From: Sminthopsis crassicaudata
Taxonomy: Eukaryota
Direction of reading: 5' to 3'
Length of the DNA: 63,800 nucleotides
Assembly: GCF_048593235.1 (NCBI RefSeq)
Contig: NC_133617.1
Span: 713,601,158-713,664,957, forward strand
Every line of letters begins with the position of its first letter. The stretch's first letter is position 1. The notes beneath the pieces were generated by a model, which did no database searches, was not told the DNA's origin, and was given only the letters and a program-made list of their open reading frames with translations. The position numbers were made by a program, and so were the translations under genes. This document shows positions 1 through 11,495 of this stretch, one piece after another.

Positions 1-1244
1 TTGGTAGAATTGGTTCTAGAGTCAGAGGCCTCAGTTTTCTCATCTCTAAAGAGAGAAGATTGGACTTGCTGATTACTAGGGAAATTTTCTGTTCTAGTAT
101 CATATGAACTGATTAATAATATATCTTTTTGAATCATATCAAGAATTAATCTTATGGGTTAATAATATTAATATTAGTCTTATGTTTTAGTTGGTTAAGG
201 AAATTAGGACGCTATGGGGAAAAAGTAGGGATGTAATACAAATAATACTATCAATGGAAAAAGGCATTCATTTAGAGAACTCCTGTTGAGGACACTTCAC
301 CACCAACCCTCTGGGCATCTTTTCTTTAAGGGTGAGTGATTTTCTGAAGGTGGGAGTCCATATATATCCGGCAGATCATAAGCTGATGTCTTCCTAACTC
401 TAAAATTGGCTTTCTATTTTTGATGCTAGCTGCCTTTCACATAAGGCCATTAGCCCATATTAGCTAAGTAGTTATAATACAACCATAATTATAATTCACC
501 ACTGAAAGAATAGACTCCAAACCAAAACAAGTAATTGTATCAAAACTTGGAAGAACCTTCAGACAGCCTCAGCCTCTTATTTGAGATGAATCCCAAAAAT
601 CTGTAGTAATTTCTCTAACATTGAAAACTTGATTTCATCTCAGTTGCTCTCATTCCAACTTATTCTACCCCATTATTTAATTTAGAAAAAAAAAAAAAAG
701 TTAAGATATCCCAACCACCAGAAGAAGCAAAAGACCTCCAAGACCTTTGGAAGCTCATTGTATCTAACACTGAGAGAGACTGAAGTATTCTTTAACCAGC
801 TCAACCATCAATGAAAATGACTTTCTAGTCTTTGGACAGTGTGAGATCTTAATCTCTGTGGTTCCAAGTGTAAAATTACCTTTGAAAAATGAACACTGAA
901 AAGCCCTTGAGTGCTTTAAATGTAATCTTTCAATATAACAAAAAAATGGATGACAGAGCAGCTTATGAAGCCCATCCCCAAGAAAACCCTGAAATATAAG
1001 TGCTCCCCAAACCCCTTACAGTTTTCCAAAAGACCATAGGTTTTTAAGGGTGCCAAACTATTAAAGAACTTGAATGAAGTAAGTGACTAAATGAACAGGG
1101 AAGCTCAGTGATTCAAGTCTTGGACTTGGTATTAGGTATGTAAGGATTCAGCCAAACCCTAACTATGATCTTGGACAAGTTACTTATTATACATGATCCT
1201 CAGTTCCTGCATCTTTTAAAACCGAAATGACTAAATTTTATTTC

Positions 1245-1490
1245 ACAGATAGTTGATGCAATGGATGGAGCGCTGGGCCAGAAGATCAAAAATCAAAACA
1301 AGCTTCAGACTCTTAACTAGCTTATTGGACAAAAGTCACTTTATCCTCTGACTGCCTCGGTTTTGTCAAATGGGAATAATAGTATCCCTTACATCCAAGG
1401 ACTGTGGTTGGTGAGAGGAAAAAATGAAATAAAATAATATTTATAATGTGCTTTGTAAACTTTAATAAATGCTAGATATTATTAATAATA
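1245..1490 (+). mobile_element. MIR SINE, near full length, degraded
   Basis: tRNA-like head (GCAATGGATGGAGCGCTGGG), core (AAGTCACTTTATCCTCTGACTGCCTCGG...AAATGGGAATAATAGTA), tail (GTGCTTTGTAAAC...AAATGCTAGATATTATT). Confidence 0.85.
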
Positions 1491-2719
1491 ATAACTATAG
1501 GATTTAACTTCCAGGTTTGTTGAAAGAAGAAAAAAAGAATTATTTTAAAGCACATTGCAAACCTTAATAAAAACTAGTTATTGACATTATTAATAATATC
1601 CTATATAGGCTTATTGTGAGATTCATCTGGGCAATAAAAGCAAGGGACTTTAAAATGTGAACTACTATTATTTCATATTTCTTAAAATTCCAATTTTTCT
1701 GTACCAGTCACTTATTTTTAACAGCATTTAATTAAATACAACACTATTCTGATTTGTAGATTTTAAAGCTGTTAATAGATTTCTACAAAAGCCAGTACAG
1801 CTGGACTGCTGTGATTTCTCCCAGTGGTGACTGCCAGTACCAATGAATGGTCTTAAAAATCTCTTTGTTATTAATTAGTCCTCAAAAATCTGAAACCTTA
1901 ACTAGAGTCAAATCTTGAATTACCTTAAAGGCACAGTGACAATTTTTTCCCACTGGGAACTACATAGGTATGCAATGAAATCAAAGTTCAAGCTAGACAG
2001 AAGCTAAATGATCCAGCCTCTTTGAAGGAAAGTTTTAACTTATTGTCCAAAAGCATTAGAACATTTTTATGGGACGTTTCCAATTAGGAAATGTATCTAC
2101 ATATAAGGAAAAAGAGCAAAATTGTTTACTCTCTCCTTTTTGTGTAAGAAGGGGACATATTAAAAGAAGTGGGAATTAGTTAAGGAAGGTATTTGAATCT
2201 AAGAATATCCATACTGGATGAAACTGAAATGTCAATGTCTCCATTGTCCATTTAAATGACGTCTTACAGAGTTTATATAGGGGAAAGCAATGTACAGAAT
2301 GTTTCTTGATGAGGAAGTTAGGATTTTTGTTTAAGGGGTCAATTATTTTCCTTGGGAATACATTTCTGAACTCAAAATGGAAATCAATGGGAAAAGAGAC
2401 TCAAGTCCAGCTCAGGTCAATGCTTTTGAGCAAAGGCCATTTTAGATTTCCAGAACAAAAGTCAAATACAATGAGATCTTCAGAACAAATTATAAGCAAC
2501 AGAATGGAACTTAATTAGATGGGGTTTCCAAGCGTGAAAATGCATAACATTCCAGAGGTGATTTCATGGAATCTTTAGACCAGGATAATGAACTGTTTTG
2601 ATTACAAGTCAATGAAAAAGGGAGATTTAATTTACAAACGTTCCTAGGACAAATAGGAAGTAGCATCCTGTATGGTCCTGGATGAGTGTCCCTCAACAAT
2701 ATTGTTCTTGAGAGAGTGT

Positions 2720-2910
2720 GGAATGATGACAAGTGAGTAGGATTTGAAGTCGGAGCACCTGCTTTTAAATTTCTACTAATTCCTACCTGTATGACCTTCA
2801 GAAAGTCAGATTAAGTCTCTAGCTCTCAGTTTTCTTACCTGAAAAAAAAAAGAGACCAGAACTAAGATTGGATCCGACTCCAAGGTCCTTTCCAGCTGTG
2901 ATCCTATGTA
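2720..2910 (+). mobile_element. MIR/MIR3 CORE-SINE
   Basis: CTCAGTTTTCTTACCTGAAAA core and GGTCCTTTCCAGCTGTGATCCTATG MIR3/CR1-type tail. Confidence 0.75.
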
Positions 2911-3054
2911 ATGTGCTAATCTAAAACACACAGTAAAACATCTAAGCTTCTGTGGTTCCTAATCAAAAGAAAACGTTAATGAGAAGATTCCTGTAGTTTG
3001 GAAGCCACAAAGATAGATTTGTTGAGTTCCTAGAAGATCCCCATGGCGGTTGCA

Positions 3055-3330
3055 ACATTTCAGGCACTGTGCTTATTGCTTTACAAATATCATCTCATTT
3101 TATCCTCACAACTCTGAAAAGCAAAAAACAATATCACTTTCAGGTGTGCAAAGCTCTTTCTAAATATTATCTCATCTGATACTAACTACCCTGACCTTAT
3201 TGTCATTATCATTCCCTTTTTAGATATGGAGAAACTGAGGTAGAAAAAGGTTAAGTAACTTTGTATGGCTAATAAGGGTCTGAGGCATAATTTGAACTCA
3301 AATTCTAACTCCAGTCTCAGTGCTCTTTCA
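3055..3330 (-). mobile_element. MIR SINE
   Basis: ATCTCATTTTATCCTCACAAC...GAGAAACTGAGG...GGTTAAGTAACTT...TTTGAACTCA (reverse MIR). Confidence 0.85.
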
Positions 3331-3529
3331 CCTAGATGTCATTAGCTGTGACATAAGGATTCAATTCAGTATAATCAATATTTATTATATATACACTATC
3401 ATATGAAAGGCTCATACTAGGAAGGGGAACTACCAAAAAAGAAAAAAATTTGCAGCCTCTGCCTACCATCGAAAAAGGTGTATAAGACATTGAAACTAAA
3501 GATAATATATGGCAAGTTACAAATCTGTG

Positions 3530-3745
3530 CAAAGTAGATAATATGCTGCCCTTGGAATCAGAAAGGAGATCCTCTCTAACTATATGATCCTGAGCAAATT
3601 ATTTTGCTTTCCTTAATTTTAGTTTTCTCATCTGTAAAACAAGAGAAAATAAGAGGGTTGCTCTTCACAGGATTGCTGTGAGGTTTAAATGAAAAGGAAT
3701 GTGCATAATGCTTTTGCAAGCCTTGAAACATACTACTACTTATTN
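3530..3745 (+). mobile_element. MIR SINE running into TAC repeat
   Basis: TTTTCTCATCTGTAAAA core, GGATTGCTGTGAGGTTTAAATGA tail. Confidence 0.85.
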
Positions 3746-4270
3746 NNNNNNNNNNNNNNNNNNNNNNNNNNNNNNNNNNNNNNNNNNNNNNNNNNNNNNN
3801 NNNNNNNNNNNNNNNNNNNNNNNNNNNNNNNNNNNNNNNNNNNNNNNNNNNNNNNNNNNNNNNNNNNNNNNNNNNNNNNNNNNNNNACTTCTATTAATAC
3901 TACTACTACTATTATTACTACTACTACCATTGATTACTATTATTACTAATAGTAGTATTACTAATACTACTACCATTACTACTACTACTTTTACTTCTAT
4001 TACTACTACTAGTTTTACATTTATTACTACTACTAATACTACTTCTACTATTAATATACTACTACTACTACATTTACTACTACTACTTTTACTTCTATTA
4101 CTACTACTTACTACTTCTACTATTACTACTACTACTATCAGGATTACTAGTATTATCACTACCACCATTACTTCGCCACTGCAACCACCACTATCATACT
4201 ACTACCTCTACTACCATTATTAGCACTATTACTACTATTTCTATGCAATGAATACTAATACTATTATTCC
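3731..4270 (+). repeat. Degenerate (TAC/ACT/TAT)n trinucleotide array, gap-interrupted
   Basis: Direct: TACTACTACTATTATTACTACTACT...; source of the Thr/Leu/Val-rich ORFs in the track. Confidence 0.95.
3745..3886. other. Assembly gap (142 N) inside TAC/ACT repeat
   Basis: Direct. Confidence 1.
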
Positions 4271-4517
4271 TAATAAAATGATAATAAAAGCAAAATAAGG
4301 AAAATGTTCCAAAAAACAGAATTGTGTGAAATCTATTGTAAGGAAGGAAGAGGATGTGGGCAAACCCCTAGAAATCAGAGAGGGCACAAAGATCTCTATG
4401 AACAGATAATAGTATAATTAGGCTAAAATGTGTAGTGCTCCAAAAGGGAAAAAAGTTTGGAATGAAGCTGGGATGGTATCATAGATTCATGGAATCTCAG
4501 AATTATAAGTCTTTACA

Positions 4518-4800
4518 AGCAGCTAGGTGGTACAGTGGATAGAATACAGTACCTGGAGTCAAGAAGTTTTGAATTTAAATCTAGTTTCAATCATAGATTA
4601 GCTGCTTGACCTTAAGTTACTTAAGTGCTGTTTGCCTCAGTCTCCTCATCTGTAAAGTAGGTGTTTTATATAACACCTATCTCCCAAATTTGTGGTGAGG
4701 ATCAAATGAGATGTACTTAGTTTATTGTAATGTACTTAGTATAGACAGTTTCACAGAATAAGCATTATATAAATGTTAGTTATTAGGGTTATTATTATGT
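4518..4800 (+). mobile_element. Marsupial MIR-type CORE-SINE, full length
   Basis: Head GCAGCTAGGTGGTACAGTGGATAGA, core GCCTCAGTCTCCTCATCTGTAAA, tail GTGAGGATCAAATGAGAT...TATAAATGTTAGTTATT. Confidence 0.9.
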
Positions 4801-5529
4801 GAGGTTTTAGTCACCTGAATATTGGGATCTGGTTACCCAGCTTCTTACTAAAACAATCAAAAGATTGTAAATTCAGTAGTTCTGGGTACTTTGTTTGTTT
4901 GTTTGTTTGTTTATTTGTTTTTTTGTTTTGTTTTGTTGGCATTCTGTGGAGGATTCTGTGGAGGATCCAGAGAATGGTTTTATCTTGACAATTCCTTAAA
5001 GATATGAAACTGAGATCTGGCCCCTCACAAACAGAAAATAGTGATACAACAATAAGAAAACTCCCTATAGTTGATTGTTGGATTTTGGGTCAGGGACCAG
5101 AGCAAGGGAAAGTCAAATGATACAATGGTAAGAGTACTAGTTCTGGAGCCCAAAGGCTCAGGTTTGCTTCCTCTAACGTTTCTACTCTTGTAAACATAAT
5201 TTCCCTGAGTTTACAAATCTGTAAAACGAGGAGATAACTTCTAACACCTTCCAGTTCTAGATATATATTTTGAGCCTTAGAGAGTCCCATGAGACTGTTT
5301 CCATGACAGAGAAAATTTCCAGGGTCTAAGCTATGGGATGTACTCATAAATAGATTTCATTTTCAAAGCAGTTTAAGCACACCTATGCAACAAATTAGAT
5401 GGTTCCATTTCAAATAGGCATTTAGGCATTGCAGGCTGATTTGGGGGCAGTTTTCTCCACTTAAAAATCCAACACAACTCAGAAATGTCAGAAACATTCT
5501 CTAAGCCCCCACCCGTTGATTACCTTGGC

Positions 5530-6160
5530 AACAGTAGGAAAGATAAATTGGAGAAACTGAAGGCCAGGAGATCAGTTGGGAAGCTATTATAATAACCCAA
5601 GAAGTGATAAGCACCTGGATGAGGGTAGTGGCAGTAACAATAGGAAAATAGAGACATGAGAGAAACACTTTGGAGAAAAAGATGTGGAATGGTGGGAGCT
5701 CAGATAGAAGCATTCAGATGACTTTCAAGGTTTTCAGCTTATATAATTGGAAAGCATACTGAGATTGTATCAGGAGCAGGAAAGTTAGGTGTTGGAGGAG
5801 AGGAATATCGGGTTCATAAAATCAAAGGATACTAAATTTATAACTGGAATGTAATCTTACAGGTCATGGAACTTAACTCCATCATTCTATAACTGAGGAA
5901 ACTAAGTCCCAAAGATCTTATATGACTTGTTCAGAGTTACTCAGCTGGTGATTATCTAAGGCAAGATTCAAACTCAGACTTTAAGGAGAAGATGGATAAT
6001 TAAATTTGAGACAGATTGTTGTTTAAAATTCTTGCAGGATGTTCTGACAGAAAAGATCAGTCGATATTTGGAAAGGCAGTTCTGAAACTTAGGGGAATTC
6101 TGGGCGTGGAGAGACCCAGATAGGTAAGTCATCCCCTCCAGAGGTGACAACTAAAACTAG
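5530..6160 (-). mobile_element. L2 LINE fragment interrupted by a MIR3/MIR (about 5810-5975)
   Basis: Purine-rich antisense L2 motif GGAGATCAGTTGGGAAGCTATTATAATAACCCAAG...GAGGGTAGTGGCAGT; inserted SINE has ACTGAGGAAACTAAGTCCC...TGACTTG. Confidence 0.75.
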
Positions 6161-6829
6161 GCTTAGGAAAGGTGTTTGACCAGGTAGGTTGATATATTAC
6201 AATACCTTTTATCAGCCTATTCCACCTGCAGGAATGTGTACTTAAGACAGGCTATCCATGAGGGTATTTTGATCAGATTTAGTCACAGACTTTAATGTCT
6301 ACCAGGAAAGTGACCTGAGAATCTATAGAAAAGAACAAGGTCAAAGCAGCTTATGGCAGCCAGAAACTAGTCCTTTAATTCTGCAACTGGACAGAGCACA
6401 GTATATTTAATTCTTATTAGATGAACACAGGCTCTAAATGTGGAACTCCAGCTTCAGTCCACTGAAGGTTACTTGAGTCATAGAAAATAGAACTCAAAGG
6501 TTTATTTAAGAAACCATTTTGCAAAGAAACACATGTTATAACCTGAGTCTTACCTCTAACCACACACACATCTACATTTAAGATTTAAGACTACCATTTT
6601 TCTGTGGAAGTTAATCAGAATGGAATCAATTAAGGAGCCACCTTTTCAATAGCAGAAAGGTGTTAAATGAAAACCAAATGTTTGTATATAAAAATATTTA
6701 TTTCTATATTCTATAAATGTACATATTTACATAGACTATAAATATTATATATAGATATATAGAGAAATAATCTTCATGAATATATAAATATTTACTTTGC
6801 ATAAAATTTTTTAGGAATATTTTCATAAT

Positions 6830-8070
6830 AGCTTTTCTGTTTCAACCTACTTTTCCAATCTTTCTTCTCTTGCTATTTTCTTAATCAAATCTTTCATTCT
6901 GGTCACTTGGATCCACTTATTTGCTTTTCTCTAAATATGCTTAGCATATTGGAACTCTTAGAAAAAAACTTTACTCACTCATTACCTCATTTCCTTTTCT
7001 CTTATTTATTTCTTATCCCTTATGATATGGCTTACAATCTCATCCCTCAATTGGAACTTCTCCTTTCAAATCTATAAGGATCTTTTAACTGACAAGTCAG
7101 ATAATCTTCTTTTAGTCATTCTTCTTAGCTGCTGCAGCAACTAATATTGTTGACCACACTTTTCTGCTGGATGCACTCTGTTCTCTGGGTATGGGGATAC
7201 TACTGTCTCTTAGTTCTCTCTCTGTCTATTAATTTCTTCTCCATTAATTGTGCTGTTTCTTCATCCATATATCATCTCCCACTAGTAACTAGTTAACACT
7301 TCCTTTTTTTCTATGTACGCTCTCATTTGATGACATCTTCAGAAATTATAAGTTATCATTCTCTTCCTTCTTATCATCCAAATACATGCATTGATGTCCA
7401 GTTTTAGTTTTTAGTACTATTCATTAGTTATTGAATATTAAAAATTAGATGTCCCCTAGACATGTTAAAGTTAACACATACAAAACTAAATTAATCCTCT
7501 CCCTAAAATTCATCCCTCTTCTGAAATTCCATATTCCTGCAAAAGTTTTCACCATCCTTTCAATTCTTCAGGGTCTCAACCTCAATATTATCGATTTCTT
7601 TGTACCTTATTCCACATAGTGAACCAATTAGAAATAAGTTCATTGCTTCTTCTATTTCTATCTACATATTTCATACATTCATCTGTTCACTACTCACCTC
7701 ACCCAGTTACCACTTTAATTCAGAACATAATCAGCTCTGGACTAAAGGCTCTTCTTACTCTAATCCATCCTTCATTCAGCTGCCAAAATGCTCTTCCTTA
7801 AGTGCAGATCTGAACATATCACTCTCACATTAATTAATCTACAGCTGCTCCCTATTGCCTCTTGGATAAAATACAGATCCCTATTTAACTTTTAAAAGAT
7901 TTTACATTGTGCCTCCATCTACCTTTGAAACCTCATTATGTGTTATTCTTTTCTGCACACAATATGGTCAAACCAAATTGGCTATTCTACTATTCCTCAC
8001 AATGAACATTCCTTTTCCTCTCTCTCCTGATTTATTATCAGTAAATGTTTGATTTGTATACCTATTTTAT
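6830..8070 (+). mobile_element. L2 LINE 3' portion (~1.2 kb), degraded
   Basis: Pyrimidine-rich L2 ORF2-derived motifs (GTTGACCACACTTTTCTGCTGGATGCACTCTG...CTGCTCCCTATTGCCTC). Confidence 0.8.
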
Positions 8071-10149
8071 ATGCCTATATGCTGAAGTCATGTAAAAAAG
8101 TTTCTGGAGTGAAAAGGGATACTGAGTGGAAAATGTTTTAAGAAACCCTGATAATCTATTCCTTTTATTCTATAAATGAGGAAACTGAAATCCTAGATGT
8201 TATATGTGACTTGCTAAGTTCTGTCAGATGGCAAGTGGCAGAAATAAAATTTAAATTCGAATCTGCTGACTCCAAATCTAGCATTCTCCCCTCACTCATC
8301 CACCAAGTCATAGGTTAAATCCAGATTTTTATCCCATATTCTTCTACATTCCAGTATCCCCTGGTACTTTTCATTGTGATATTTGCTTGAGCATCATCCT
8401 TAATAAAGAGATGCTGAATGAATCTTTAATTCAAAAATTGAGGATAAACTCTGTGTTTTTGCTCAAAATTTCCCATGTCAATGACAAGCTTTCAGCAGAA
8501 TTTTATTGGTCACACCATTTGCTCTGGCTTGTGAATTAGCCATATTCAATATCTTTATTCATTGGATTGGCTGCCAGCATCACTTAAACCATTGCCAAAC
8601 GGTCCTTTTACTTTTTGGTTCCATGTGATATCATTTTCATCTGAGTACTTTCCCTTTATCACTCTCTGACTCTTGCTAATTTCACATTTCCATTTACTGT
8701 TTCATTGCCTATGCAGTCAGGATGAGATTATTATCTTCATCATCATTATTTTATGAATGTAATCAATTAGGTACATTCTCTGCCTGTTGAGCTCATCATC
8801 AAAATTCAAGGAACAGAGAAGATTAAAAATGGAAAAGATAGGAGTACACTAGAATCTTTTTCTCCTTAGAACTTCTATAGCACTTGTTGTCTTATCATTT
8901 GATAAATAATCATCTCTTTGCTAGCCCAGCAGGCAATTCTTCCTATGTGCTGCTGATTTAATGTTCAGTGAATTTAACCTAGAAAGCTTAACACTTCCAG
9001 GGGATAACTGTTTTAATAAGGGACTCAATTCCAAGAGAAAATAAAAGACCTAATGATGAAGTGATTAGCAATGGGATTGGTAAAAGGCACTAGGTAGTCC
9101 TCACATGAAATCATATTCTATTTTCAGTCCTTTTAGAAAAGAGCAAGAAAATAAAGATATTGAAATGAAACAACTTGTAAAATTGTAAGAGCCAAAGAGG
9201 GATTTAGAGCAGAATTTATCATATTCAATCACTGATTGAGACAGCTAAATATCTACATGTATGCAATTTTGCTCTCTTGAAAACCCATCTCTTCTTGTTT
9301 CTTTTTTCTTCAGCTTTTCAATTATTTCTAGTTTTCAAAGCTGTAATAGGTTGCCATGAAACAAAGAAAGCAGATTACTCATGATGAGATTAAGAGTGAC
9401 CATTTGTATCTATGCAATCTCAAGAGAAACAGAGGAAGTAAGTCTGAGGGCATTCTGGGAGGAAATTGATGGAGGATTGAGAGAAACTATTATTTCTCTC
9501 TCATATTAATAACCAATTATTAAAATTCAGAAGACTCAAGCTTTTTGCCCTTGTCTTATTTCTTATCTAATTCTCAAGGACAAGGATGATGAAAGATAGG
9601 ATTAACATTCTCCTCTTTCTAGTTATTGCACAGACTTCCTATCTAAGGTGAGTGAAACTCTGGCCCATTGTCTTTCTCTCAGGCTTAGGTGGGGACATAG
9701 ATTCTTTGTTGAAATTTGTGTAAATTTTGATTTGTTGGGAGAAGAAGGGGGGTATAGGGTAACTTTGAAGTAAATGACACAATCAAAATTCACTAAAATG
9801 TATACCCTTTTTTTCATCACGTTAACCAATCAGAACTAATTGTCACTCTTTGGAATATACTTCTATATAATCTCTGAATCCACCGCCATGAGGGTCTTTG
9901 GCAGTCAAGAGTGCCATTGACATCTTTTATTAAAATGATAGCATTATTAATTTACCTAGTAATTATGTCTCTCAAACTTTTTAAATGCCAAAGTTTTTAG
10001 GGGGGACATGGATAAGAGGCAAATGGCATGAGAAGACAAGGTTGAGTTGTGTCCTATCTAATCAAAAAGAGTACCTATATCAGTGATCTATCAAAGATTC
10101 AAAATATCCCATTGGGTATTAGTCTTTTCACTTCACTCTATTATAGTTG

Positions 10150-10455
10150 ACTTAGACGAGGGATTTTTAACCTTTGGCAGTTTGATAAATCCAAGAACCA
10201 CTTCTCAGAATAAGGCTTTTAAACATGACATAAAATACAAAGAATTATAAAGGACATCAGGAATATTGAAATATTATTATCTATCTACCTTCTTTAATGT
10301 ATATCCATATCTATATCATATATCAATATCTGTACCTATTCTCCATCTCTATGGACATATGCATCTATATCTATGAATATGAACTCTATCTAATCTTCAT
10401 TTATATCCATAGATATCTATATCATTTTTCTCTTTCTCTTGAACCCAGGTTGGTA
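10150..10455 (+). mobile_element. Non-autonomous hAT/Charlie-like DNA transposon (MER-type MITE), split by a TATC-rich tract
   Basis: AGGGATTTTTAACCTTTGGCAGTTTGATAAATCC...TTCTCAGAATAAGG...ATTGAAATA left part and GAACCCAGGTT right end match my recall of a therian hAT MITE consensus; exact family name uncertain. Confidence 0.6.
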
Positions 10456-11260
10456 GCATCAGGATAAGAATATCAATATAAAGTTAAGTTAGAAAGACAT
10501 AAAGAAAACAATTAATGCTTCAGCCTCTTGTACCACTGAAACTCAGTCTATGTTAGGAATTACCTAGTCTTGCTATTCTATCTGAGGAGAAAGTGAAGGC
10601 AAGGATAAATTATACTGCATTTGAGGAAATACAAATGAATTGGGTTTTTTAAAATATATTTGTCAATATTGTAGATATCATAAAGGGGCAAAAATATTTT
10701 AGGGATATAGTAATTATCACTTTACATGCAGTTTGCCAATGGGGAAAGGATCTCAGTAGTCTGTGTTGTTAGAAAATATCTGAATAGAAGAAAAGTTTTT
10801 GGGTGAATTACAAAAAGTACATTAAAATAAAGGAAAAATTTAAATTAACTTTTAAAATCATAAGCTACATTGTAAGATTGGGAAATATTAAAATAACAAG
10901 AAAATATGCATTATATTTCATTAGAAGTTATAGATTTAAGACTAAATTCAATAACAGAGAATATCCTTAGTTTCTTAAAATTTAATCTGGTATTTTATGA
11001 AAGAAATAATTAAAACATAGAGTGTGAAATCATTAACTTTCACTTTCCTTCAAGACTCAAAGTAGGTTTATATAACAGCATGAAGAAAAGATTTGAATGA
11101 TGCACTATTCTGAGAATGGGAAAACTTCCCTTCATGTGATTTCCAGACCAAAAAGAAGGAGAACTAGAAAAGCAGCTTCTGAGACAAAAGGCATCCTAAC
11201 CAAACAATTAAAACAATAAAAAATGCTTCCCTTTAATAACTTTAAATTTAATTGAATCAC

Positions 11261-11495
11261 TTTTCAGTCATATATGACTTTTTGTGACCTTCTTTGGAGT
11301 TTTCTTAGCAAAAAAAATATTAGTGTTTTGTCATTTCTTCTTCAGATCTTTTTAATGGATAAAGAAATGAGGCAGACAGAGTTAAATGACTTGCTCAGGG
11401 TCACACAGCTTTTAAGTGTCTGAGGCCAAATTTGAACTCATTGACAGGAATTTTCTGACTTAGGCCCAGTGCTCTATTCACTGTACCACTTAACT
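11261..11495 (-). mobile_element. MAR1-type marsupial SINE (CORE head + RTE tail)
   Basis: TTTTCAGTCAT..GACT..TTGTGACC...GAGTTTTCTTAGCAAA...GAGGCAGACAGAGTTAAATGACTTGCTCAGGGTCACACAGC...GTGTCTGAGGCCAAATTTGAACTCA. Confidence 0.9.

Noticed and set aside
879-990. 109-nt minus-strand exon-like segment
   Set aside because: Weak acceptor and unrecognised peptide; indistinguishable from background.
1924-1992. 69-nt minus-strand exon-like segment (AAG|GTAATT)
   Set aside because: Short tract, moderate donor and unrecognised peptide; fits only the alternative frame of the 79-nt candidate.
3689-4223. ORFs of 64-174 aa rich in T/L/V/S
   Set aside because: Trinucleotide array plus N gap.
4518-4600. tRNA-like A/B boxes at SINE heads (also 1245, 26210, 42885)
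   Set aside because: Degenerate CORE-SINE heads with no cloverleaf; not tRNA genes.
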